From Fimbriimonadales bacterium (lineage in GTDB: Bacteria; Armatimonadota; Fimbriimonadia; Fimbriimonadales; Fimbriimonadaceae), in contig JBBREM010000001.1 of assembly GCA_038202925.1 (NCBI GenBank), positions 3,509-67,508 of the forward strand: a stretch of 64,000 bases of DNA, given 5' to 3'. Position 1 is the stretch's first letter. The number at the start of each line of letters is the position of its first letter. The notes below the pieces were generated by a model. It was not told the DNA's origin. It was given only the letters and a program-made list of their open reading frames with translations, and did no database searches. Both the position numbers and the translations under genes were made by a program. Below, piece after piece: positions 18,317 to 26,535 of the stretch.

Positions 18317-20098
18317 TTATGTGTCTCCGGCTGTAGCCCATCGCCGAACGATGGCCCAGAGCGCCAGACCAATAATACAGCCTGCGACCATTCCGACGCC
18401 GATTCGGGCCAGGCTCAAGGCGACCGGCGTGTGAATGTGGCACATCGTATTGACGATGTCGGTCTGGCCAACCGCGCCTCCGGCGAGGGCGAGGGCAGTC
18501 CAAATCGGCAGGCTCGATCCTTGCAAGCCGGCCCGCGCCTTTTGGATCGCCATCAGGCCGATCCCAATGATGAGGAGCGGATGGCCGATCATGAACTCCT
18601 TGGTTCTCGGCCTGACGAAGAGGATTTGATCGAGGAGAAAGCGGAGCTTCAGCTCAGTGTCGCTGACCCCGGCAGGATTGTCGTTCCCGGTCCGGCTGGA
18701 AAGGAATGTGAGCGCGCCCATGATAACTAGCGCGAGAAGGGCAGCGCCCCACGTCATTGGGTTGCGCATCGTCGCTTTCAAATCGGCACCGCGCATCAAG
18801 AAGTAGCCGAGAATGATGAATACGGGCAGGAACACCGCCAGCTTTACGCCCTCGAACTGCTCGGCGCGCACGAAATAGGGCAGGCCGTTTAGCAGGCCCG
18901 CGACGGCCAGTCCTCCGACTAGGCTAATTGCGCAAGTGAGCAGGAAGTCGAGGATCAGATTCGGGCGTTTCCGCGCATCGAGGATGAGGAAGGCGGCGAT
19001 CGGGAAGACGAGGGCGGCAAAGAGGGCGGTGAATGCCTTCTGGTGGTTTGTGGCTGACAATGCGCAGATTGCGACGGTGAGGATGAGTCCGGCGATGCGC
19101 CAACGCGTGCTCGTTACGAAGATCGAGCCGACCCAGTATGCGGTGGGGATGATGCTTAGTCCGATCACGATAAACAGCCACTTCGGCACGCCCGAATCCT
19201 CGTAGGGACGAGCGACTCCCATGCCCCCGCCCTGATCCTCAATGTCTCGGTTGATCAGCCGGATAAAGTCGCCAAAGCTGGTCAGCGGGTTTTGCGCCGC
19301 GAAACTGATGGGGCGCACGAGGAGCAGGCGCATGCCGCGCTCTCGGGCGGCGCGGGAATAGCGGTCGACGGCATCGTCGAGGGGCATCTTGTCGAGCTCC
19401 GCGGATTGGGCCGAGTGCAGCCGCACGACGATTTCGGGCGCCATCTTGAGGACATTGCTGTCGCCGCCGAGCTTGGCGAATTCCGGGCTCGCGTAGAGCA
19501 TGCCGAGCGATTTGAGCTCGTCAACCATGTCCTTCAGGGCGTCCCGCCGGCCGAGAACCTGGTCACCGAGCGGCAAGAACACGGTGGCTCCGAGATCGTG
19601 GGCCGATTTGAGCGTCTCGGTGACGTATCTGCCGGTTACGCCGGGCGGGTTGGACATTCTCGCGACGATGGTCAGTTGGGCTGCACGCACGATCTGCGCG
19701 TGATCGGGATCGAGGCTCGCAGGCGTCGTTTTTGCCGTGCCGGACGAGATTTCTTTCTGATCACCGAATCTCAGTGTTAGCGCCTGCTGGATGCGATTGG
19801 CCAGCGAAGAGTCGTCCGGTGCAGGGTTTTCCGCGGCTTTGCGGTCCGCGAGATCGCCGACCGTGTCCTCGGAGATGACCACCGCTCCAAGCCCTTGTTG
19901 CTTCAGGTCCTCCAGTGCCTGCGGGACGGACTTGCCGCTTGCCGCGGCAAGCGTTTCGACGGTCTCGTACTCGGCGGCGATGCTGACGGCCTTGTTGCGT
20001 TGCTCGACGCGGTAGCGCAGGGAGATCGAGTAGAGCGACAACGCCGCCATCAACGCGATGGCAAAGGGTAGCCACGTCGGAACTCTAGGCGCGTTCAT
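18317..20098 (-). CDS. large polytopic membrane protein, DUF5693-like (usual CsaB neighbour)
   Basis: 593 aa: N-terminal TM helix, a periplasmic domain of about 280 aa (RNKAVSIAAEYETVETLAAASGKSVPQALEDLKQQGLGAVVISEDTV), then about 10 TM helices. Immediately upstream of csaB. Confidence 0.6.
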   Translation of the reverse strand: MNAPRVPTWLPFAIALMAALSLYSISLRYRVEQRNKAVSIAAEYETVETLAAASGKSVPQALEDLKQQGLGAVVISEDTVGDLADRKAAENPAPDDSSLANRIQQALTLRFGDQKEISSGTAKTTPASLDPDHAQIVRAAQLTIVARMSNPPGVTGRYVTETLKSAHDLGATVFLPLGDQVLGRRDALKDMVDELKSLGMLYASPEFAKLGGDSNVLKMAPEIVVRLHSAQSAELDKMPLDDAVDRYSRAARERGMRLLLVRPISFAAQNPLTSFGDFIRLINRDIEDQGGGMGVARPYEDSGVPKWLFIVIGLSIIPTAYWVGSIFVTSTRWRIAGLILTVAICALSATNHQKAFTALFAALVFPIAAFLILDARKRPNLILDFLLTCAISLVGGLAVAGLLNGLPYFVRAEQFEGVKLAVFLPVFIILGYFLMRGADLKATMRNPMTWGAALLALVIMGALTFLSSRTGNDNPAGVSDTELKLRFLLDQILFVRPRTKEFMIGHPLLIIGIGLMAIQKARAGLQGSSLPIWTALALAGGAVGQTDIVNTMCHIHTPVALSLARIGVGMVAGCIIGLALWAIVRRWATAGDT

Positions 20099-20113
20099 GC
20101 CGACTCACCCGGT

Positions 20114-20791
20114 TTAGAAATCAAACTCAAACTCCTCCTCTCGGTCGCGCAGGATGGTGGTTCGGCCACCCATAACCAGGACGGTCAGCATGCCGGCAAG
20201 GAAGCCCCCCGCGTGGGCCCAGTTCGCCACTCCTTGCTGAGGGATCGCGATCTGATATACGAACCAGAGCCCAAGCAGCACCCAAGCGGGGACTTCGAAC
20301 GTGAGGAAGGCGAGAATCGGCACGAATATCTCGATGCGATTGCCGGGGAAGAGCAGGAAATATGCGCCCAGGACACCGCCGATCGCGCCCGAAGCGCCGA
20401 GCACGGGAAGCGCGGAATGGGGATCGACGAAAATATGAGTGGTCGCAGCTACAACTCCCCAGAACAGATAGTACAAGGCGTAACGCGGCGAGCCCATTGC
20501 GGCCTCGATGCCGGGCCCGAACACCAGCAGGAAGAGCATGTTGCCCAGCACATGAAGCACGTTCGCGTGCATGAACATCGAGGTGAAGATCGTAACGAGC
20601 GCGAACCGGTCCCCGCCTTTGATCGCGGCCACGACCTCGTTGGGGCGCATGACAAGGTCGGCGAAGGTGGTATTGGGCGCGGTGATGTGCCCGTGCCGAT
20701 CCCATAGGAAAATCAGGACATTGAGAGCAATGAGGGTCCATGTGACAACCGGAACGACCCTGCTGATTCGGTTGTCGCGGATGGGCACCAT
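20114..20791 (-). CDS. rhomboid family intramembrane serine protease
   Basis: Six TM helices, catalytic GASGAIGGVLGA and HAGGFLAGM, plus HANVLHVLGNMLFL. Confidence 0.85.
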   Translation of the reverse strand: MVPIRDNRISRVVPVVTWTLIALNVLIFLWDRHGHITAPNTTFADLVMRPNEVVAAIKGGDRFALVTIFTSMFMHANVLHVLGNMLFLLVFGPGIEAAMGSPRYALYYLFWGVVAATTHIFVDPHSALPVLGASGAIGGVLGAYFLLFPGNRIEIFVPILAFLTFEVPAWVLLGLWFVYQIAIPQQGVANWAHAGGFLAGMLTVLVMGGRTTILRDREEEFEFDF

Positions 20792-20813
20792 GCGGCGCGA
20801 TTCTACCGCCGGT

Positions 20814-21071
20814 TCAGGACTCGTCTCGCCGCGCTTCCCGCTTCTTCAGCTTGATTGGGATGGCGATGGAGACGTAGAAGGTTAGCCATGCGAAGGCGAA
20901 TACGGTGAGGGCAAGCGGCGCCCAGCGCATCTCGCCGGTCAGGCCGATACCGGTAGCGAAGAGGCATAGGAAGGTGGCGATTGCCATCAAGGGGATGCTG
21001 ATTTCTCGGTCTCGCACGGGGATAAAGGGTACATCGGGCGGGTTAGTTGCCGATACACCGTTCCATGCCAT
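20814..21071 (-). CDS. small two-TM membrane protein, hypothetical
   Basis: ATG 21071 gives an 85-aa product with two hydrophobic helices. The longer ORF-track form is Arg/Pro-rich shadow and overlaps pepF. Confidence 0.45.
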   Translation of the reverse strand: MAWNGVSATNPPDVPFIPVRDREISIPLMAIATFLCLFATGIGLTGEMRWAPLALTVFAFAWLTFYVSIAIPIKLKKREARRDES

Positions 21072-21106
21072 GTTTTGCGCATGTTTCCGTTGGGCATAAT
21101 CCAGGC

Positions 21107-22927
21107 ATGGTTGCCACTGCCGAGCTCTCTCCTCCTCAGGTTCGCTGGGACCTTTCTGCGCTCTTTTCCGGGATGGACGATCCGAAGATCGATCTGACGT
21201 GGGCGGAGTGCGGGCGGCGCGCCGATGGGTTTGCCGCGAAGTATCGCGGCAAAATCGACAGTCCCGACCTTTCTGCGGCAACTCTGGCCGAGGCGCTGGC
21301 GGAGATCGAAAACCTGAGTGTGGAGGCGGCCAAGCCGATTGGATACTCCCATCTTCTGTTCGCGGTAGATGCGGCGTCGCCGGAAGTCGGCGCCTTCATG
21401 CAGAAGCAGATGGAGCACGCCAGCGAGTTGAGCGTCACGCTCATGTTTTTCGAGCTGGAGTTGCAGAACGCCCCTTCGGACGTCGTCGACCGCCTGAAGC
21501 TGGACTCCGCCCTCGCGAACTATCGGCACTACATCTCCCACGCTCGGACCTACAGCCCGTATCGACTGACGGAGAAAGAGGAGATCGTGCTCGAGCAGGT
21601 CGCCAATACCGGCTCACGCGCGTGGGTGCGCCTGTTCGACGAGGTCACCACCAATCAGGTTTTCAAGCTGAAGCGGCCCGGGTCGAGCACGGTCGAGGAG
21701 CTGAGTCAGCAGGAAGTGCTGGCTCTGATGCGCGAGCCTGACCGGATGCTGCGCCAGGCTGCAGCGGATTCCTTTAGCGAGGGATTGCGGGAGATCCAGC
21801 GGGTCCTCGTCTTCACGTTCAACAACCTGGTGCAGGACAAGGCAGTCGAGGACAAGATGCGGGGGTTTGAATACCCTGAGCAAAGCCGCCACCTGAGCAA
21901 CGAGCTGGATAAGGAGACCGTCGATCGGGTCATCCGGCTGTGCAAGGCCAACTACGGCTTGGTTGAGCGGTTCTACAACGTCAAGCGGGAGATTCTGGAC
22001 TTGCCAGAGTTGACGCACATCGATCGCTACGCGCCGCTCTTTGAGAGTGAGGAGCGAGTGAGTTGGGAGAGCGCGCGGCAGATTGTGCTCGACGCGTTCG
22101 GGGCGTTCTCGGCCGAGATGCAGAGACGAGCGGCTGAGTTCTTTGAAAATAGCTGGATCGACGCCGAGCCGCGCAAGGGAAAGCAGGGCGGAGCGTTCTG
22201 CAGCTACAACACCCCCGACACGCATCCCGTCGTATTCCAGACCTATCTGAACAAGCCTGACGACGTGATGACGCTCGCTCATGAGCTAGGCCATGGCGTT
22301 CACGCTTCGTTTAGCCGCGAGCAGAGCTATTTCAACTTTCACGGGACGCTTCCGCTGGCTGAACTTGCTAGCACGTTCGGCGAGATGCTCGTCTTCGAGA
22401 AGCTAGTAGCAGGGGCTACTACGAAGGACAAACTCGCGATGTACGCCGACAAGATCGAAGGCGTGTTTGCCACAGTGTTTCGCCAAGCCGCGATGTTTTC
22501 GTTTGAGCAGCGCATGCACAACGCGAGGCGGCAGGAAGGCGAGCTGCCGCTTGAGCGATTTGGCGAAATCTGGCAGGACGAAATGCAGGCGATGTTCGGC
22601 CGCTCGGTGAAGCTAGGAGAGCAGCATCGAAACTGGTGGAGCTACATCAGCCATTTCACCGCAGTGCCGTTTTACGTTTACGCCTATTCCTTCGGCGAGC
22701 TCCTCGTCCTGTCGCTGTATCAAATGGCAAAACAGGAAGGGCCATCGTTTGCCGACAAATACACCGACTTGCTGAGAGCCGGCGGATCAAAATCGCCCGC
22801 CGAGCTGATGGCAATGGTGGGCGTGGACCTGCGAAGCGAGCCGTTCTGGCAGGGCGGGTTTGCGGCGATGGAGAAGCTGGTCGCCGAATTCGAACTGCTC
22901 TGGGCGGAGCACCGCCGCGACTCCTGA
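21107..22927 (+). CDS. oligoendopeptidase F family (M3B) metallopeptidase
   Basis: HELGHGVH zinc motif and length typical of PepF. Start at ATG 21107 (MVATAELSPPQVRWDLSALF). Confidence 0.85.
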   Translation: MVATAELSPPQVRWDLSALFSGMDDPKIDLTWAECGRRADGFAAKYRGKIDSPDLSAATLAEALAEIENLSVEAAKPIGYSHLLFAVDAASPEVGAFMQKQMEHASELSVTLMFFELELQNAPSDVVDRLKLDSALANYRHYISHARTYSPYRLTEKEEIVLEQVANTGSRAWVRLFDEVTTNQVFKLKRPGSSTVEELSQQEVLALMREPDRMLRQAAADSFSEGLREIQRVLVFTFNNLVQDKAVEDKMRGFEYPEQSRHLSNELDKETVDRVIRLCKANYGLVERFYNVKREILDLPELTHIDRYAPLFESEERVSWESARQIVLDAFGAFSAEMQRRAAEFFENSWIDAEPRKGKQGGAFCSYNTPDTHPVVFQTYLNKPDDVMTLAHELGHGVHASFSREQSYFNFHGTLPLAELASTFGEMLVFEKLVAGATTKDKLAMYADKIEGVFATVFRQAAMFSFEQRMHNARRQEGELPLERFGEIWQDEMQAMFGRSVKLGEQHRNWWSYISHFTAVPFYVYAYSFGELLVLSLYQMAKQEGPSFADKYTDLLRAGGSKSPAELMAMVGVDLRSEPFWQGGFAAMEKLVAEFELLWAEHRRDS

Positions 22928-22948
22928 AAGGGTTTTCCCGTAGGCTAA

Positions 22949-24058
22949 GTGACCATGTACATCGGCGCGATCGTGGCCGGGGTTCTGATGATCTCGGCGG
23001 TCCTGTGGGACGCGTTTGAGGCGATCATCCTCAGCAAAACGGTTCGACGCCGCTTCAGCATCAACAGCCTGTTTTATGGAGCCATCTGGCGGGTGTGGCG
23101 GCTCATGGTCAAGGCCACGCGCGGCAGTTGGCGGCAGTGGGTTCTGATTGCATTCGGCCCGCTCTCGCTGATCTTTCTGATCGGCTTTTGGGCGGTCTTG
23201 CTTGTGTTGGGATTCGGCCTGATCCACCTCGGGGCGGGCACTCTGGGCGATGGTTCGGGGGTGGGCGATCACATCTATTTCAGCGGTGTCACGTTTTTCA
23301 CTCTCGGGTACGGCGATCTGGCTCCAAAGAACGGACTCGGCCAGTTCCTCGCCGTGTTCGAAGCAGGGGTTGGATTTGCATCGCTTGCGGTGGTGATCTC
23401 CTACGTTCCGGTCATGTATTCGCTTTTCGCCAATCGGGAGCACCTGATCACCTTGCTCGACTCGAAGGCAGGATCCGATCCCAGCGCGGGCGAACTCCTC
23501 AAGCGCTATGCCGAAGCCGGTGACATGGAGTCTCTGCACGTTCTGCTGCGGGATTGGGAGAAGTGGTCGGCGGAGCAGCTCGAAGGCTTTCTTTCGTATC
23601 CGATCCTCGCCTACTATCGTTCTCAGCACGACGACCAGTCGTGGCTGCTCTCCCTCACATGCATTCTCGACGCGTGCTCAATCATCAGCCTAGGCTTTGA
23701 GAACGAGGAAGATTTGGTCTGGGCGAAGCGGCTGAAGTTTCAGGCGAAAGCGACGTTCCAGATGGCGCGGCACGTTATCGTCGATCTGGCTTACATCCTC
23801 GACGTGCCGCCGGACGAGCGGCCGTACACTCGTTGCTCGGCGGGCGGGTTCAAATCCATCGTCGCCGAGTTGCGACGGGTCGGGTTGTCGCTTCGGACGG
23901 ATAGTCTGGAGTTTCTCGAGGAGCGGACGATGCTGTACGAGCCGTACGTGGTCTCCTTGGCTCGCGATCTTTACTTCACACTTCCCTCGTGGACACCGGC
24001 GCACGACGCGGTCGACAACTGGTCGACGAGTGCGTGGGAGAGCGCGAAGCATTTTTGA
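22949..24058 (+). CDS. two-TM potassium channel family protein with a C-terminal cytoplasmic domain
   Basis: Pore helix and selectivity filter (FFTLGYGDLAP) between TM helices. The C-terminal domain of about 200 aa was not recognised. Confidence 0.75.
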   Translation: MTMYIGAIVAGVLMISAVLWDAFEAIILSKTVRRRFSINSLFYGAIWRVWRLMVKATRGSWRQWVLIAFGPLSLIFLIGFWAVLLVLGFGLIHLGAGTLGDGSGVGDHIYFSGVTFFTLGYGDLAPKNGLGQFLAVFEAGVGFASLAVVISYVPVMYSLFANREHLITLLDSKAGSDPSAGELLKRYAEAGDMESLHVLLRDWEKWSAEQLEGFLSYPILAYYRSQHDDQSWLLSLTCILDACSIISLGFENEEDLVWAKRLKFQAKATFQMARHVIVDLAYILDVPPDERPYTRCSAGGFKSIVAELRRVGLSLRTDSLEFLEERTMLYEPYVVSLARDLYFTLPSWTPAHDAVDNWSTSAWESAKHF

Positions 24059-24079
24059 TCCGTCGCATAATGTAGAAGC

Positions 24080-26158
24080 ATGTCTACGGCAAGCGAGCTA
24101 ATCGAAGGGGCATTCAAACGGCTCGCGGAGCGACCGGGGTTCGTGTTGCGGGCGGACCAGCAGCAGCTTGCGCATCTGCTATCGGACATGATCGAGGGCG
24201 ACGCTTCGGGAGCCTTTGAAGCCCCGACCGGGCTCGGCAAATCCCTTGCCGCCCTCATCCCTGCGATTGCCCACGCGATTACTGAAAAGAAGCGAACCAT
24301 TATTGCCACGTACACTAATGTTCTCGCTGAGCAGTATTGGCGGCAGGACCTTCCGTTGGCCCTCAGCCTCTTTGATCTGGGGGGTTCTGGCGCTGGTTCG
24401 GAGCCTCCTTTGCGGACCCAGTTCTTGATCGGACGACAGCGCTACGCCTGCCTCGCGGCGATCCAGGACACGGCCCCGCAGCTTAAGCGAAACTTCGTGC
24501 CGCGGGCTCAGTTAGGCATCGAGACCGAACTGCGAGAGCACGGGGGAATATCGGGGCGGGAGGTCTCGCGTTTATGGCCGCAGATCGCCACCCCGCCCGT
24601 ATGTCCCGGGCGACTATGCAGCCACTACAATAGTTGCTTCTACTATAACGCACGGCGAGCCGCCGAGAAGGCCGAGGTGGTCATTACCAACCACAGCGTC
24701 GTCATTCAGCACGCCCTCATGGCTCGGGCCGGAGATGAGACGGGAGGGCTGCTCGGCGAGTACGACTTCCTCATTCTCGACGAGGCCCACGACTTCCCGC
24801 AGGCAGCCCTCAACGGATTGGAGTTTGAGCTGTCTCAGCCCAAGCTCGCCGCCCTCCTCGGGATCGGCACAAGGATGGAGAAGACTTTGGCACCTTACGC
24901 CGAATCGGCCGGCGACATGCTGCTATGGGCGGGAATGTGTGACGACTTTCGGAAAGACGTCGAGCGATGCCAGAGGGCGATCGTCGCCTACTCGCTGCGG
25001 CTTGGGCAGCCGGGAATTCTGAACGCAACGCCACCTGAAGTAATGGACCACCCGCAGGTGCAGGCGGCGAAGACCAGCGATGGGATATTCGGTGCGCAGC
25101 GGATCGCCGACGAGGTGAGCAAGTGCTGCATCGGCTTTGTCGAGAAAGTGCAGGACGTGCTGACGAGTTGGCGCGATCAGGGGATCGCTCTGGGGATGGT
25201 GGCGGAGAGCGTTCGCAACTACTCGACCTACATCGCGGGCTTCGGGGGCGGGTGCGTCTCACTTTTCAACCCGGAAGGCGTTGCCGTTAGCTACGTGGGG
25301 CGCACAGGCGAGGATGCGATGCTCCGGTCCGATCTGATTGGTCTCGCCCAGCCTCTGCAGGATCTGGTGTGGTCGCGCGGACCCTACGCCTGCATGTCGG
25401 CGACGCTGGCGCTCGATGGCAGCTTCGACTTCTTCAAGCGAACGACCGGCGCGGAGCCGGATTTTGAGGAAATTCTTCCTTCTCCGTTCGACTTTACAAT
25501 CCAGGCGGCCGTTTATCTTCCGAAGGCGGAGATCATTCCCGATCCGTCGACGGCTCGGCGCGAGGGGCTCGAGGAAGAGTATTACGCCGCGCTCGCACGG
25601 GAGCTGAGCGAGATCATCCAGACGCTGGAAGGCCGGACCCTTGCCCTCTTTCATAGCCGCCGGGAGATGGAAGGCGTGATGAAGTACATCTCGCTGCCAC
25701 CTGAGCTGCCGATTCTGATGCAATTCCGATCCGGTGCCGGCTCGACGGGCGAGCAGTTCATCAAGAACGTGAACGCCTCGTTGTTCGCGCTGCGCTCGTT
25801 TTGGACCGGCTTCGACGCCCCGGGCGAGACTCTATCTTGCGTCGCGCTGGTCCGGGTTCCGTTCGAGGTGCCGGTCGATCCGCCGCAGATCGCCCGAATG
25901 GCGTGGATGCAGACGCTTGGTCTCGATCCGTTCCAGGAGCATTCGCTGCCTCAGGCGAAGATGCTGATGCGCCAAGGGGCGGGGCGGCTGATCCGGCGAA
26001 GCGAGGACAAGGGGATCATCGCACTGCTTGATCCGCGCTTGCGGACGAAGCGCTACGGCGAAGCTATCCTGGCCAACCTTCCGCCGGGGATGCGAACCTT
26101 CGACGACTTCGCCGACGCGGCGGGCTGGCTAGGCCTCGGCCGCCGACTTGCCATTTAG
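24080..26158 (+). CDS. DinG/XPD-family ATP-dependent DNA helicase with Fe-S cluster cysteines
   Basis: Walker A (APTGLGKSLA), DEAH box (ILDEAHDF), a four-Cys cluster region (YACL...CPGRLCSHYNSC) and C-terminal helicase motifs (GAGRLIRRSEDKGII). Confidence 0.85.
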   Translation: MSTASELIEGAFKRLAERPGFVLRADQQQLAHLLSDMIEGDASGAFEAPTGLGKSLAALIPAIAHAITEKKRTIIATYTNVLAEQYWRQDLPLALSLFDLGGSGAGSEPPLRTQFLIGRQRYACLAAIQDTAPQLKRNFVPRAQLGIETELREHGGISGREVSRLWPQIATPPVCPGRLCSHYNSCFYYNARRAAEKAEVVITNHSVVIQHALMARAGDETGGLLGEYDFLILDEAHDFPQAALNGLEFELSQPKLAALLGIGTRMEKTLAPYAESAGDMLLWAGMCDDFRKDVERCQRAIVAYSLRLGQPGILNATPPEVMDHPQVQAAKTSDGIFGAQRIADEVSKCCIGFVEKVQDVLTSWRDQGIALGMVAESVRNYSTYIAGFGGGCVSLFNPEGVAVSYVGRTGEDAMLRSDLIGLAQPLQDLVWSRGPYACMSATLALDGSFDFFKRTTGAEPDFEEILPSPFDFTIQAAVYLPKAEIIPDPSTARREGLEEEYYAALARELSEIIQTLEGRTLALFHSRREMEGVMKYISLPPELPILMQFRSGAGSTGEQFIKNVNASLFALRSFWTGFDAPGETLSCVALVRVPFEVPVDPPQIARMAWMQTLGLDPFQEHSLPQAKMLMRQGAGRLIRRSEDKGIIALLDPRLRTKRYGEAILANLPPGMRTFDDFADAAGWLGLGRRLAI

Positions 26159-26162
26159 ACTT

Positions 26163-26417
26163 CTATTTCCACCACTTGCGGAAGATCAGGATGAGCAGCA
26201 TAGCGCCAAGCGTGGCACCAACGATGGTCGGAATGGTTCCGCCGAGTCCCTGGTCGTGCAGGAGATACCGCATGACAAAGCCCGTGATCAGCGAACCGGC
26301 AATGCCGAGCAGGATCGTGAACAGGCAGCCTTTCGGCTCTCGGTTCGATCCTGGCATGAATCCCTTTGCTAACGCACCGGCAATGAAGCCCACGATAATC
26401 CACCACAGAACGTGCAT
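26163..26417 (-). CDS. GlsB/YeaQ/YmgE family stress-response membrane protein
   Basis: 84 aa from ATG 26417 (MHVLWWIIVGFIAGALAKGFMPG...), typical of the transglycosylase-associated family. Confidence 0.8.
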   Translation of the reverse strand: MHVLWWIIVGFIAGALAKGFMPGSNREPKGCLFTILLGIAGSLITGFVMRYLLHDQGLGGTIPTIVGATLGAMLLILIFRKWWK

Positions 26418-26535
26418 GCGGCAAAGACGGGATAGCGGCGTGCGGGGATGCGGGAATGGGGCGAAATGGGTCAACGTTCCACGTGAAACATGGACGGGTA
26501 ATCTCGGCTCGCCCTTCACGACATGAAAGGCAGGA

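Noticed and set aside
22787-23629. 280-aa minus-strand ORF over the K+ channel gene
   Set aside because: The plus strand carries TM helices and the TLGYGD selectivity filter. The minus frame is shadow.
26418-26535. T-box or other riboswitch leader upstream of valS
   Set aside because: The spacer is only 118 nt and also has to hold a divergent promoter. No specifier-loop or T-box-like motif is visible.
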